DNA from: a virus
IMG/VR virus record: IMGVR_UViG_3300028610_002211
Span: 40,306 to 104,305 of that record
Direction: 5' to 3' (one strand)
DNA length: 64,000 nucleotides
This document shows positions 29,834-40,491 of this stretch, in pieces. Position numbers and translations under genes: made by a program. The notes under the pieces were generated by a model, which was not told the origin of the DNA, did not search any database, and saw only the letters and a program-made list of their open reading frames with translations. Position 1 is the stretch's first letter. The number at the start of each line of letters is the position of its first letter.

Positions 29834-31636
29834 ATGGAAAAGAATACAACAAAGAAGACAGAAGAAACAAGCGATCGAACGGTTGATAGTAACGAAGTAA
29901 ACAAAAGCGCATTAAGAGCAATTAGAGCTCGTGTTGTCGAAGTGAGAAAGTCGACCAATGATGTTAAAGATGGTAAATCGAAAAAAGCAGACGATGATCC
30001 ACTTTATCAATTGGGCGAAAGTGGCAGAATTCTGGAAATGCCTTTTGACGCGCTTAGTTTAACCTTGTTGCTTGAACATAGTGGCGAATTGTCTCAATGT
30101 ATTGAGGCAATGGAGATCAATATTGAAAGTTTTGGCCACAGGTTTATTCCCAGAACGAAAAACAATCTTGATGTTAAATTACCCGATTCACTCAAAGAAG
30201 AAATGAAAAAAGAGCGCGTTCGTCTTGAAAACTTTTTTGCAAATTGCACGTTTGAGTCTTTTGTCAATTTTAGACGAAGGCGGAGAAAAGATCTTGAATC
30301 GACTGGAAATTGTTTTTTTGAAGTTGTGCGCGGCGCTTCTGGCGACATACAGAGTTTTGTACATATACCGGCTTATCAAGTTCGACTTGGTAGACAAGAT
30401 AAAGATTTAGTAAAAACTATAAGGCCAGCTTATCAATTGCAATTAGATGGTTCTGTTGAAATTGTGAAGTTGACAGAATGGAGAAGGTTTAGAACATATG
30501 TTCAATCGAGATTATCAAGGCGCCAGAATTTAGACATTATACCGGGCGATCGGATTCGATGGTTTAAAGAATTTGGTGATGAAAGGGTTTACGAGGCTGA
30601 AACCGGTCATCCACAAAGCGAAGTGGACGAAACAATTCCGTGGGAAAAACAAGCAAACGAAATGATCCATGTTGATTTATACTCGGCCAGAAGTCCGTAT
30701 GGTTTACCGCGTTACATTGGAAATTTGCTTTCAATTTTTGGAGATCGAGCGGCCGAAGAAATCAACTATGTCACTTTCAAAAACAACAATATACCTTCGA
30801 TGGTTATTTTATGCTCAAATGGACAATTGACGCAAGGTTCAGTTGAAAGAATCGAAAGTTTTGTTGAAAGCCAAGTTCAAGGATCTGATAACTACAGCAA
30901 ATTTTTGATCGTCGAAGCTGAGGGTGATTTAGAAGGTGAAGACGGGAATCAAATAAAACTCGAAATCAAACCGTTAACTGAAGATCAACATACAGACGCG
31001 TTGTTTCAAACTTATTCGAAAAATAGCAAAGATAATGTTCGGCGCTCTTTCCGTTTACCTCCAATTTTGGTTGGTCATACTGCGGATTATAACAAAGCAA
31101 CAGCGGATACAAGTAGACGGCTAGCAGATGAACAGATTTTTGCGCCCGAGCGCGACGAATTTGACACGTTGATGAACCGGCTGATTTTTCCAGTGTTGGG
31201 GATCCTTTATCACAAATACAAGTCAAATTCACCAAACACAACCGATAATGAACAGCTTGTTAAAATGCTTGCTACTTCAGAAAAGACGGGCGGTATGACC
31301 CCGTTTATTGCACGGTTTATATTAGAAGGTATTTTGGGCCAAGATTTACCACCTTTCACGGAAAAATTCGATCAACATATGCCGTTTTCTTTGTTAATGG
31401 CCGAAGCTGTAAAAAACAAAGCCGATCCGACCGAACCCGGGCAACAAGTAACCGCGATCAAAAGCGACGGTACGGTTGACGGTGACGTTTTGATAACGCT
31501 TTTAAAAAAGGTTTTGGGCCCGAAGGATCCGTTAATTGAGCATTTAACATCTCTTCAATCTGAAATTGAAAAACAGTGGTCCGCTGATTTAGATGAAGAT
31601 CACGATCACGACGAAGAAGACGAAGACAACGAATAA
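29834..31636 (+). CDS. Portal protein
   Basis: DLESTGNCFFEVVR, YGLPRY, FKNNNIP, FRLPPILVG motifs; follows TerL. Confidence 0.92.
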   Translation: MEKNTTKKTEETSDRTVDSNEVNKSALRAIRARVVEVRKSTNDVKDGKSKKADDDPLYQLGESGRILEMPFDALSLTLLLEHSGELSQCIEAMEINIESFGHRFIPRTKNNLDVKLPDSLKEEMKKERVRLENFFANCTFESFVNFRRRRRKDLESTGNCFFEVVRGASGDIQSFVHIPAYQVRLGRQDKDLVKTIRPAYQLQLDGSVEIVKLTEWRRFRTYVQSRLSRRQNLDIIPGDRIRWFKEFGDERVYEAETGHPQSEVDETIPWEKQANEMIHVDLYSARSPYGLPRYIGNLLSIFGDRAAEEINYVTFKNNNIPSMVILCSNGQLTQGSVERIESFVESQVQGSDNYSKFLIVEAEGDLEGEDGNQIKLEIKPLTEDQHTDALFQTYSKNSKDNVRRSFRLPPILVGHTADYNKATADTSRRLADEQIFAPERDEFDTLMNRLIFPVLGILYHKYKSNSPNTTDNEQLVKMLATSEKTGGMTPFIARFILEGILGQDLPPFTEKFDQHMPFSLLMAEAVKNKADPTEPGQQVTAIKSDGTVDGDVLITLLKKVLGPKDPLIEHLTSLQSEIEKQWSADLDEDHDHDEEDEDNE

Positions 31637-33506
31637 ATTGACGGCGCTTCAAACATATACGCGCTTGGTAAAAGTCGATTCTGTTATTGCCAAGGTCGCG
31701 AAAATTTCAGAAGTCACCCAAATTGGGCGCGGTGAAAAACGAACCCGTTCTTTTATGCAGAGCGCTTGGCAGAAAAGAGCCAAAGAAGCCACTGAAAAAG
31801 CTATTCAACTTGCCAAAAAATTAGAGAAACCTGAAAAAATTGCGGCGGCAATTGACGCAATAATGGAGCAATGGAAAACAGATGTTTTACCAGTATTTAT
31901 ATCCGAGTTTTCGCTTGCCTATCGTTTGGGGCGTGAAGTCGGTTACAAAAAAGCAACAAGGCAGATCAAAGGTTCGCTTCGTTACGGATTGCCAAAAGAA
32001 ACACCCGTTACAAAAGCAAAGGCGCCGGTTGAGTTATTACCATCCTTTGACATTATCGATCGAGAAAATTTAAAGGCGCTCACTAATCACCAAGTTTTTT
32101 GGATCGGCGATTTTTACAAAAAAGGCGTTTCCCAACAAATAGCGGCAACAACCAAAGATGTGATGGCAAGGTGGGGTGAAGGCGCTACAATTGCCGGGCG
32201 CCGGATGGGGCAGAAAATCAGTGAAAATTTTGCCCATGTTCGTTTACCAAGCGGTTTTGTGGGGACTCCAAAACAATATTTCAGCGGGTTGACAGCAAAC
32301 GCTTTCACTGTGGGCCGTGTTCACGGTCAAATGCGTTCTTTTGCTGAGATAGGTATCAAGACTTATACAATCAGTAACCCGGTCGATAAGCGCACCTGTA
32401 AACGTTGTGCTCACTTAAACGATAAACGCTTCACTACAAAACAAGGTGTTGACGCTATGCACGCGGAACTTTCGGCAAAGTCGAAAGCCGGTGTTAAAGC
32501 GGTTCACCCTTGGCTTTCGTTGGGTGAAATTCAAAAAATTTCACCAAAGCCAGGTTTTGTTGGGGGTGCGGCGGGCGTCAAAGATGCAAAGGCTTTGTCC
32601 GAAGCCGGGCAAGCTTTGCCGCCATTTCACTTTAAATGCCGTTGTACGGTCGATATAGCGATCGACTCGATGTCATACAGTAATCTAGTACCGTTAACAC
32701 CACCGACCGCTAGGAAGCCTTCTAGACCCCTTGAGCTTAAACCACCAAAAGCGAGAATCGCAACATTGAGAGATCGGATCGGCCAACTATTGCGAACTTC
32801 GATAATTCGCAAAACATCTTTTACCCATGTTGAAGGTGAAAAGTTTGCGTTTTTAGAAATGCAATCGATACAACCGGGGGGCAAAAAAGCAATAACTGCT
32901 CTTTGGAAAACAGCGGGAACTGAAAAAGCCGAATCTTCGTTTTATCGTTTAGATCGAGAATTGGGTGGAAAAACAATTGTCCCGCCAACAATAGCCAGGG
33001 ATCCCGGCTTGGGATCTGGTGTTGGTACACTTCAACATTTTGAAAAACGTTGGAAGGTTACCGATAAAATTACAGACGCCCAGAAACAAAGAATTCGTTT
33101 ACTAGATTTTGTTTCTGGTAACAGCCAAAGAAGAAAAGGGAATATCTTAAAAACTGGCGCTGGTATAGCTGTTGTGAATAACGACGGTGGTTTTAAATCG
33201 GTAACTCCAAAAAAATATTACTACCCAACTTCGGATAAATTGAAAGATTTGAGCGCAACCGATGTAAAAAAATTGAAGAAAATCGGTTTGAAAAGAATTG
33301 CCGAAATCTTAGAACAAGAGGGCATTTCTAAAAAAGCCGCAAGATTAACACTTTTACGGGCGAAATTGGTAATCGATAAGCCCAAACTTTTAACCAAAAA
33401 GAAGACAAAAACCCTTTGGAATGACCTAGAAAACAACCCCAAAAAACACTTAAAGTCTAAAGATGTTAAGAAGATAGATACCATTTTAGATACAATTTAC
33501 AAGTAG
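31593..33506 (+). CDS. MuF/SPP1 gp7-like head morphogenesis protein with a C-terminal kinase-like (probably inactive) domain
   Basis: DKRTCKRC and PPFHFKCRC; then YRLDRELG..VPPT..GTLQHF..LDFVSGN. Confidence 0.85.
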   Translation: MKITITTKKTKTTNKLTALQTYTRLVKVDSVIAKVAKISEVTQIGRGEKRTRSFMQSAWQKRAKEATEKAIQLAKKLEKPEKIAAAIDAIMEQWKTDVLPVFISEFSLAYRLGREVGYKKATRQIKGSLRYGLPKETPVTKAKAPVELLPSFDIIDRENLKALTNHQVFWIGDFYKKGVSQQIAATTKDVMARWGEGATIAGRRMGQKISENFAHVRLPSGFVGTPKQYFSGLTANAFTVGRVHGQMRSFAEIGIKTYTISNPVDKRTCKRCAHLNDKRFTTKQGVDAMHAELSAKSKAGVKAVHPWLSLGEIQKISPKPGFVGGAAGVKDAKALSEAGQALPPFHFKCRCTVDIAIDSMSYSNLVPLTPPTARKPSRPLELKPPKARIATLRDRIGQLLRTSIIRKTSFTHVEGEKFAFLEMQSIQPGGKKAITALWKTAGTEKAESSFYRLDRELGGKTIVPPTIARDPGLGSGVGTLQHFEKRWKVTDKITDAQKQRIRLLDFVSGNSQRRKGNILKTGAGIAVVNNDGGFKSVTPKKYYYPTSDKLKDLSATDVKKLKKIGLKRIAEILEQEGISKKAARLTLLRAKLVIDKPKLLTKKKTKTLWNDLENNPKKHLKSKDVKKIDTILDTIYK

Positions 33507-33595
33507 CAGAATAGATCTATTTTACAGGCTTCTTTTCATTTCTCACAACTTTTATACTAATATCTAAATTAGAGTGTATTTTTCGAGGTTGAAAC

Positions 33596-34120
33596 ATGCC
33601 ACGTAGAGCGATGACAGCACAAAAATACGAACAATTAAAAGCTGAAAAACAGATCATTCCGGTTGAAAGTGATGAACCGAAAGAGCCGGTTGCAATCGCC
33701 AAAAATACAGAAGAAGCGGTTTCAGTAATTAAGGCATATGTCAAACTTGTAAAGTTAGCAAAAGAAGAACAAAAAGTTACCGGCGTTGTTTTAGAGCCGA
33801 ATGTTTTTGACACGCAAAAAACGACTATTAGTGATGAAGTAATCCGAAAAGCGGCACATGGCTTTTTAGCTGGCTTCAATATAACAACCAAACTTGGTGT
33901 CCAACATAAAGATTTCAAAAAACCGTTTGAACTTTGCGAATCATATATTGCGCCGATCGATTTTGCGTTAGGTGATAAAACGATCAAAAAAGGATCATGG
34001 GTTGTAATCCTAAAAATTCTAAGCAAGAAAATTTGGGACAGGATTAAAAAGGGCGAAATCACCGGTTTTTCAATCGGCGGAAAAGCCAAAATCAAAAAAC
34101 TCAAAAAAGAGGCTGCATAA
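33596..34120 (+). CDS. XkdF-like prohead serine protease
   Basis: GVVLEP, AAHGF, VQH, ESYIAP, GSWV, IKKGEITGFSIGG. Confidence 0.88.
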   Translation: MPRRAMTAQKYEQLKAEKQIIPVESDEPKEPVAIAKNTEEAVSVIKAYVKLVKLAKEEQKVTGVVLEPNVFDTQKTTISDEVIRKAAHGFLAGFNITTKLGVQHKDFKKPFELCESYIAPIDFALGDKTIKKGSWVVILKILSKKIWDRIKKGEITGFSIGGKAKIKKLKKEAA

Positions 34121-34121
34121 A

Positions 34122-35033
34122 ATGACCGAAGAAGTGGCTTTAGAAAAGGCGGAAAGTGTTGGTGTTGAACATGAATACACCGATTTGGAAGTTAACGAAA
34201 TTTCAGTGGTAGATAGGCCAGCAAATCAAAAAGAATTTGCTGTAATCAAATGCGTTGGAAACAGCGCAACACAAAAAGGAGTGGAACCAATGGCCGATCA
34301 AGTAGCGAAATCTACAGAAGAGGCTGCTAATGTCGAAGTGGTTCCTGTCGAAGTGGCCAAGAACGATGATGACTCGGCCATGGAGCAGGCGCTTGAAAAC
34401 CTCGACACTATTTCGAAATCGATTGCGGGGTTAGCCGCTCAAGTCGAAGACGAAGAAGGCGGCAAAACCGAAACCGAAACAGAGGCGGAAAAGGCCGCCA
34501 AAAAAGAAACACCGGCAACGATCTTTGCCAACGCGTTGAAGGCAACCGGCGTTAAAGGCGAAGCGCTCAAAACCGCGCTCAAAAAGTACGAAAAAGTTTG
34601 TGCTTGTGGTTCGGCGACGGTTCAAAAGACCGAAACCAAAACCGAAACCGAAGGCGCCGAAACCGAAACCGAAGGGGACAACGATTTCATGGGGAATCTT
34701 GCGGCGGCGGTTACTAAAGCCAAGGTGTTGACCCCGAAACGGCTTGCGGCGTTAAAAGCGTTGCAAGAACAGTTGGCCAAGATGATCGGTGAAATGGAAG
34801 GAATCCCTCATTCCAAATCACCGAAAACCAAGGTTCCGAAAAACGCAAGTTTCGGCGCAAGCGGTCTAAGCACGATCACAAAAAGCTTCGAAACCATATC
34901 GACGGCGCTGAAAACGCTAACTGGTCGAATCGAACAGATCGAAAACACCCGTCAAGGATCGAAAAGCCTTGGCGAAAGCGGCACTGTAACAACAAAAAAG
35001 GCGGATAAAGATCTTTGGGACAACGTTCTGTAA
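34122..35033 (+). CDS. Capsid scaffolding protein with an N-terminal protease fragment; internal start at 34290
   Basis: EISVVDRPAN, then an acidic coiled coil with TETE repeats; AAGGAG before ATG 34290. Confidence 0.7.
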   Translation: MTEEVALEKAESVGVEHEYTDLEVNEISVVDRPANQKEFAVIKCVGNSATQKGVEPMADQVAKSTEEAANVEVVPVEVAKNDDDSAMEQALENLDTISKSIAGLAAQVEDEEGGKTETETEAEKAAKKETPATIFANALKATGVKGEALKTALKKYEKVCACGSATVQKTETKTETEGAETETEGDNDFMGNLAAAVTKAKVLTPKRLAALKALQEQLAKMIGEMEGIPHSKSPKTKVPKNASFGASGLSTITKSFETISTALKTLTGRIEQIENTRQGSKSLGESGTVTTKKADKDLWDNVL

Positions 35034-35079
35034 AAGAATCGTCCTAGACACCTTTTAACGTAATAGGAGAAAACACAAA

Positions 35080-36288
35080 ATGGGCAATATCGTAAATGAG
35101 GAATTAGTGCACGAAGAAGTGCAAAAAGCTATTACCGCCGCTGATGATCTCGCAACGGGTGGTAAACTCAACGCCGCGCAAAGCGATCGTTTCATCGATT
35201 ATGTGATCGATGAAACGGTTTTGAAACAAAACGCGCGGACCGTGCGATTCCGCAACGAAACGCTAAACATCGACAAAATCGGAATCGGCAGACGAGCGGC
35301 CGTTCCAAAGGTCGAAGCAAAGGATCCGGGTGTTCGACGCGGGATCACAACTTCGCAAGTTCCTTTGACCCCTTCAGAGGTGATGGTGCCAATTGAGATC
35401 TCGGATAATTTCCGGGAGTTGAACATCGAAGGCGACAACGTAACGGATACCATCATCCGTTTATTCGCCACCCAACTGGCCAACGATCTCGAAGAACTCT
35501 ATTTGATCGGTGATACGGTCGGTCCGGCAGTGCTCGAAGGTGACATTGTCGACAGCGGTTCAACAACGTTGTACATCAAAGATTCTTATCTGGCGTTGCA
35601 GAACGGTTGGCAAAAACTCGCAGACGGCGGACACCTCGTTGACGCACTCGGTTTGAACATTGGTGCAAGCGTGTTTTCGCAAGCGCTGCGAGCAATGCCG
35701 ACCAAGTTCCGCAGAAACAGAAAAAATCTACGCTTCTTCATGAGCCCGGATCTGGCTCAACTCTACGCTGAAAAGCTTTCGACCCGTGCGACCAAAGGCG
35801 GCGACGATGCAATGGCTGGAATGATTATCACACCTTTCGGTGTGCCGATCGTCGAAGTTCCGTTGTGGGATTTCCAACCAAAACAGGTCGAACATGTCGC
35901 ATTGCCGGGCACAACGGTTGTGGCGCTGAAATACAAGAACATCGTTGATGTTGTTGTGTTGCCTGAAACACTCGACGATACCCCCACAACGCCTTTCATC
36001 TCGGGAACTGATTACACCCTAGATGCGGCGGCCGGGACGATTGCGCGTGACGGTGGGGGTTCTATCGGCGACGGGGACACGGTCAAGGTGACCTACGGGG
36101 CGAGCCCGCAAATAATGCTCACCCACATGAACAACTTCATTGTCGGGATCGGGCGTGATGTTCGGATCGAGAAAGACCGCGACATCTACAAAACGGTCGA
36201 TCAATACGCGATCACGGCGAAAGTAGCGGTCCAAATCGAAGAAGTCGACGCGATCGTGAAGGTGTACAACATTGGCACGGGCGTTTAA
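35080..36288 (+). CDS. Major capsid protein (HK97 fold, XkdG-like) with an inserted beta domain
   Basis: GGKLNAAQSDRFI, LANDLEEL..GD, MPTKFR, EEVDAIV; position after the scaffold. Confidence 0.92.
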   Translation: MGNIVNEELVHEEVQKAITAADDLATGGKLNAAQSDRFIDYVIDETVLKQNARTVRFRNETLNIDKIGIGRRAAVPKVEAKDPGVRRGITTSQVPLTPSEVMVPIEISDNFRELNIEGDNVTDTIIRLFATQLANDLEELYLIGDTVGPAVLEGDIVDSGSTTLYIKDSYLALQNGWQKLADGGHLVDALGLNIGASVFSQALRAMPTKFRRNRKNLRFFMSPDLAQLYAEKLSTRATKGGDDAMAGMIITPFGVPIVEVPLWDFQPKQVEHVALPGTTVVALKYKNIVDVVVLPETLDDTPTTPFISGTDYTLDAAAGTIARDGGGSIGDGDTVKVTYGASPQIMLTHMNNFIVGIGRDVRIEKDRDIYKTVDQYAITAKVAVQIEEVDAIVKVYNIGTGV

Positions 36289-36385
36289 GTAACCGGCGCC
36301 ATTGCCAAGCTTTAACAGAAGGATAGATAAACAGAGAAAACAAGCCGCTGATTGATTACAAGGGCGGCGCAAGAAAGGCGAAAAA

Positions 36386-37541
36386 ATGCCAAGGGCAAAA
36401 TGTGTATTAACAAGAGGGCCGAGAACCCACACTGTTAAAAACAGGACATTTAAACGAGGCGAATCGCAAACCCTCACAACCGATCACGAAATCAATTACT
36501 ACAGATCAACCTACGGATTCACGGTCACAATGTTGGAAGGGGACAAGAAGGAAAAGACCGCGAAGAAAACGAAAAAGCGAATCTTCACCGAAGAAGAGTT
36601 GTTTGCGAAGAAAAAAACCAAGTTGGTTACCATGGCTGAAAAACACCAAGTTCTTTTGACCGGTAGGGAAAAGAAACCCGAATTGGTCGAAGCGATTTTA
36701 GCCGCTCAAGACTTCGAGGATTAAAAAAATGAAACAAGTGACAACGCGTCAAGTTTCGCCTTTTCAAATCGAATTCCCGAAGACGAAAAAAGTTAAGGAT
36801 AAAAAAGATCCGGTAAAGTTCGAAAGAACAAAAGACGGTGCCCTACATTTTCGTCCGGGGACGGTTGTGATTTTGACTGATGACGAGTATGATTTTCTGC
36901 AAAAAGACATATCTCAAAACAGAAAATTCATATTTCAAGGCGAGGTGAAAGAGCCGAAAAAAGCGAAATGGCCAACACCAACAACGCCAACAACGCCAAA
37001 AGCACAAGAGCCGAAAAAGGCGAAGAAGAAAAGTTAATTCAACCAAGCGGCAAAAACCTTGCTTGGTGTTTCCCAATGGGGTGCCGTGTTTAAGATTCAC
37101 ACCAAAGATGGTAGAACCGTGATTGTCGACCCAAAAAAAGATCACGGTGCAAAAGAGCTGTTGAAACAGTTCGAAAGTCAATTTTATCAAAATACAGTAA
37201 CTGGTATTTCTCTTCTTAGAGAATGTGGTGGGCAAGCTCGTTGCCCGATTTGTAAACGGTCAAATTTGGTCTGTAATAGTTGTGGTAATTCGTTTAGTAA
37301 TCACAAGTGTTCGACCGGTGTTCAATATTCAATTTCAAGGCCAAAAGATTGTAGACGAATTCATTTTGCTCCAACTGTTGTTAAACCAGATCAAAATGCG
37401 GGGAACAAAGGGGGTGAGCGGGTAACTGTTTTTGTCGATGGGTTTAAAATCGATTTAATGGCGCACAATAATCAACCGGCTTTACGGGTTACAGTGGCAA
37501 AAACTGGCGCTCTGAGATATAATCCAGTTGATAAAGGTTAA
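36386..37541 (+). CDS. 36386-36724 (C-terminal HeH/Rho-N-like motif), 36729-37037, 37059-37541 (Zn finger)
   Basis: LVTMAEKHQV..KKPELVEAIL; CPIC..CNSC. Confidence 0.55.
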
Positions 37542-37543
37542 TT

Positions 37544-39239
37544 TTGGCAACTAGTTTACAAAGGTTAAAACAGATAGCAAAGCCGGATAGCTTTGACGAT
37601 CAAAAAAGCGCTGCGCAAATTGCAAATTCAGAAAACAATTCTGTAGATTTGGCAGAATTTGCCGAAGCGCTATTGTCACAGTTTAAACGGATCATCCATG
37701 GGAATCAATCGGGCAACTGGTTTGACGATCCAACTTCTGTTTTTGGCGGCGATGCTTCGTTATTTTCATTATTCCAATCGGCAAGCCCGGAAATACAAGT
37801 CGATTTACAAGACAACAACATTGAAATAATTGTTGTTGGCGACAAAACAGTTTTCCGAAAAATAATCTGGAATTATTCTTTTGAACTACCGATTGGTGAT
37901 AAAGCTTTAACCGGATGTTTCGTTTTTAATCACAATGGCACAAATGTTGATTTAGATAATCACTATTCGTACATACCGCCAGAAATCACAGGTGTAACTT
38001 TCAACGCATCGATAGTCGGAAACGATATTCGATTAACCGTAACAACAAACGGCGTTGGGGAACACCCAAAACTAAGGTATCGTGCCGTGACCATAAAGCT
38101 TGCGGCGTAAAAACGGAGGTAATAGAAAATGACATCAAAGAATTATGGTCTAATCGGCGTTGGATCAATAGTCCAATATGGTAAAGTCGGACCGAAACTA
38201 AAAAACAACTCGGGTATTTTCGAACACAGAAATACTGCCGATGATGACTTTGTTATTGCTCGTGGCGCACACCCAATTGGTGATAACGACTTTGTCACCA
38301 AATATTATTTGGAAACGCGGGCGGATGTCATCGTTACCGGACAAATTGATGGCGGTTCTCCACCTTCACCCACGACCTTGGGGCGGATCTTCATTTGTAC
38401 CACAACGGGCGGCGCGTTCACTCTCAAATATCTGTACCGTGACACGGGCGCAGCATGGGTTGAAATCGTTCCTGTTGAAGGTATGCGTATCAGTGTAACA
38501 GACGCATTGACGGGCGGTACAGACGAGTATGAAGCCGATCACTTGTACATGTGGGATGATGATGGTTCAGTATGGATCGATCTGGGACCGGCACCGTCGT
38601 CTTCTGAAATTATTAAAGCGGCGGCTTTGGCGTTTGACTATCAAGATACGGGCGTCAATTTGATCAAAAACGTTCCCAACGGTTGTACGTTGACAAAAAC
38701 AAAACTCAATGTGACACAAACTTTCGATGGAACAACGCCAGTTGCAAAAATCGGCGATACTTCGGACGACGATCGCCATATGGAAGAAACCGAAAACGAT
38801 TTGGAAGTTGTTGGGTTATATGTCACAGAAAACATGTACCTGTATGGTGCTGCAACCGATGTTGACATAACAGTAACAGTCGGAGGTACACCAACACAAG
38901 GGACGGCGCGGGCGTTGATCGAATACGCGTTACCGTAAACTGAAGAAGGTGTTTTAAATGGGTGATTACAAAGCGGGCAATCTCAAAGGTACGTTAAAAG
39001 ACAACTTTGAGGTTGGGGATGGTGCTGAATACGGGATCGATCGCGTTGGAGATCATTTGCGCGTTAAGGATGTTGAGATGGGTGCTCAGCGAATTTCTGA
39101 CTTGATGGGGTGGCATTTGGTGGAATCCGGACAAACGAGAACAGTTCCAGCTAATTTTACTCATACTGTATCCGATATAACGATTGAGGAAGGTGGCACT
39201 TTAGTCATCGAGGAAGGTGGCGTTTTAGCGATATTGTGA
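37544..39239 (+). CDS. Putative virion decoration proteins 37544-38110, 38129-38938, 38958-39239
   Basis: Beta-rich, Gly/Thr-rich; inside the head module. Confidence 0.55.
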
Positions 39240-39357
39240 CGAATGGCCAAGGGAAGGTGCGGAGTGGGAACATTCCGAGCACCTACGGCACAGATAGGCA
39301 TATCGTTACGGATGTTTATCGAGATTTCGTGAATGTAGAAAATGATGAGGTGTAATT

Positions 39358-40491
39358 TTGACACACCATAAATATTTGAGTCGATTAACAAGTCACCCAG
39401 TAACGCCCGCTACAGGTGTGGATCTCATATATACATTAAGCACTAACGGGCACCTGTATGTCAAAAACACTTTTGGCACTTTCGATTTAACGACCGCAGT
39501 TGGGTTAGCCCACAATGATCTTTCAAACATTCAAGGAGGTGGAGCGAGCGAACGTCAGCATATGACGACAGCACAACACGCCAAGGCCACACAGAACGCT
39601 TCTGGGTCTCAGGATGGGTTGTTGAGTCAGGCTGATTGGTCGGCGTTTGACGGGAAATCCGATTATGCCGATCCTTTGACTACCGATGGTGATATTCTCA
39701 TTCGGGATACAATTACGAAACGGCTGGCTAAAGGGTCAGATGACCAGATATTGACGCTTGCGAGTGGATTACCTTCGTGGGAGGATGCAGCCGCCGAGAG
39801 TGCGTTTTCTATGGACTGTGTTGTGGGGCTGCTGGCCACGTGGATATCGGACACAACGCTGAGAATCGTACCAGGGAAGTGTCGCAGTGATGATGATACT
39901 TTCAATATGGTCTTAGGTAGTAATCGAGACGCTGTGATTACAGCATCTGGGGCCGGTGGGCTCGATACGGGTTCGGAAAGTAGTTCTACCGGATATTACT
40001 TGTGGCTCATCTACGATACAACGGGTGAGACCTATGCAGCCATGCTGAGTGAGAGCGCTACCTCCCCAACAATGCCGGGCAACTACGACAAGAAGAGGCT
40101 TGTCGGATATACCTTCAATGATTCATCGAGCAATCTTCTTGACTTCAAAATGTTCGGTGATGGCTGCGTTCGGTTTGTGCATTACAATGAACCGAGACAA
40201 ACGGTATTACGCCTTTTAAATGGTGGAACTGCAACTAGTTGGACTGATGTCGATTGTAGTACTTTGGTACCGATTAATGCTGTTTCGGTTAATTTACACA
40301 TGCAACATTCGACATCTAGTTTGGGTTATGTTCGTCCAAATGGTATGAGTAGTTTGACCGGAGGAGTTTCATTTGTTTTTGCAGGAAATGAAAATACTGT
40401 TGAGCTTGGAATAGATGACCAAACGATTGAGTATGATACAGGCGGAGGAAGCCTTATTTTGGATTTAGCCGGGTATAGGGTGTTGATTTAA
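39358..40491 (+). CDS. Fibre-like virion protein
   Basis: DGLLSQADW..FDGK and DPLTTDGD..RL..G...L....GLPSW fibre repeats. Confidence 0.65.
   Translation: MTHHKYLSRLTSHPVTPATGVDLIYTLSTNGHLYVKNTFGTFDLTTAVGLAHNDLSNIQGGGASERQHMTTAQHAKATQNASGSQDGLLSQADWSAFDGKSDYADPLTTDGDILIRDTITKRLAKGSDDQILTLASGLPSWEDAAAESAFSMDCVVGLLATWISDTTLRIVPGKCRSDDDTFNMVLGSNRDAVITASGAGGLDTGSESSSTGYYLWLIYDTTGETYAAMLSESATSPTMPGNYDKKRLVGYTFNDSSSNLLDFKMFGDGCVRFVHYNEPRQTVLRLLNGGTATSWTDVDCSTLVPINAVSVNLHMQHSTSSLGYVRPNGMSSLTGGVSFVFAGNENTVELGIDDQTIEYDTGGGSLILDLAGYRVLI

Noticed and set aside
34090-34122. Programmed frameshift fusing protease and scaffold
   Set aside because: The downstream ORF is in the +1 frame, and the A runs do not form an in-frame X XXY YYZ heptamer leading into it.
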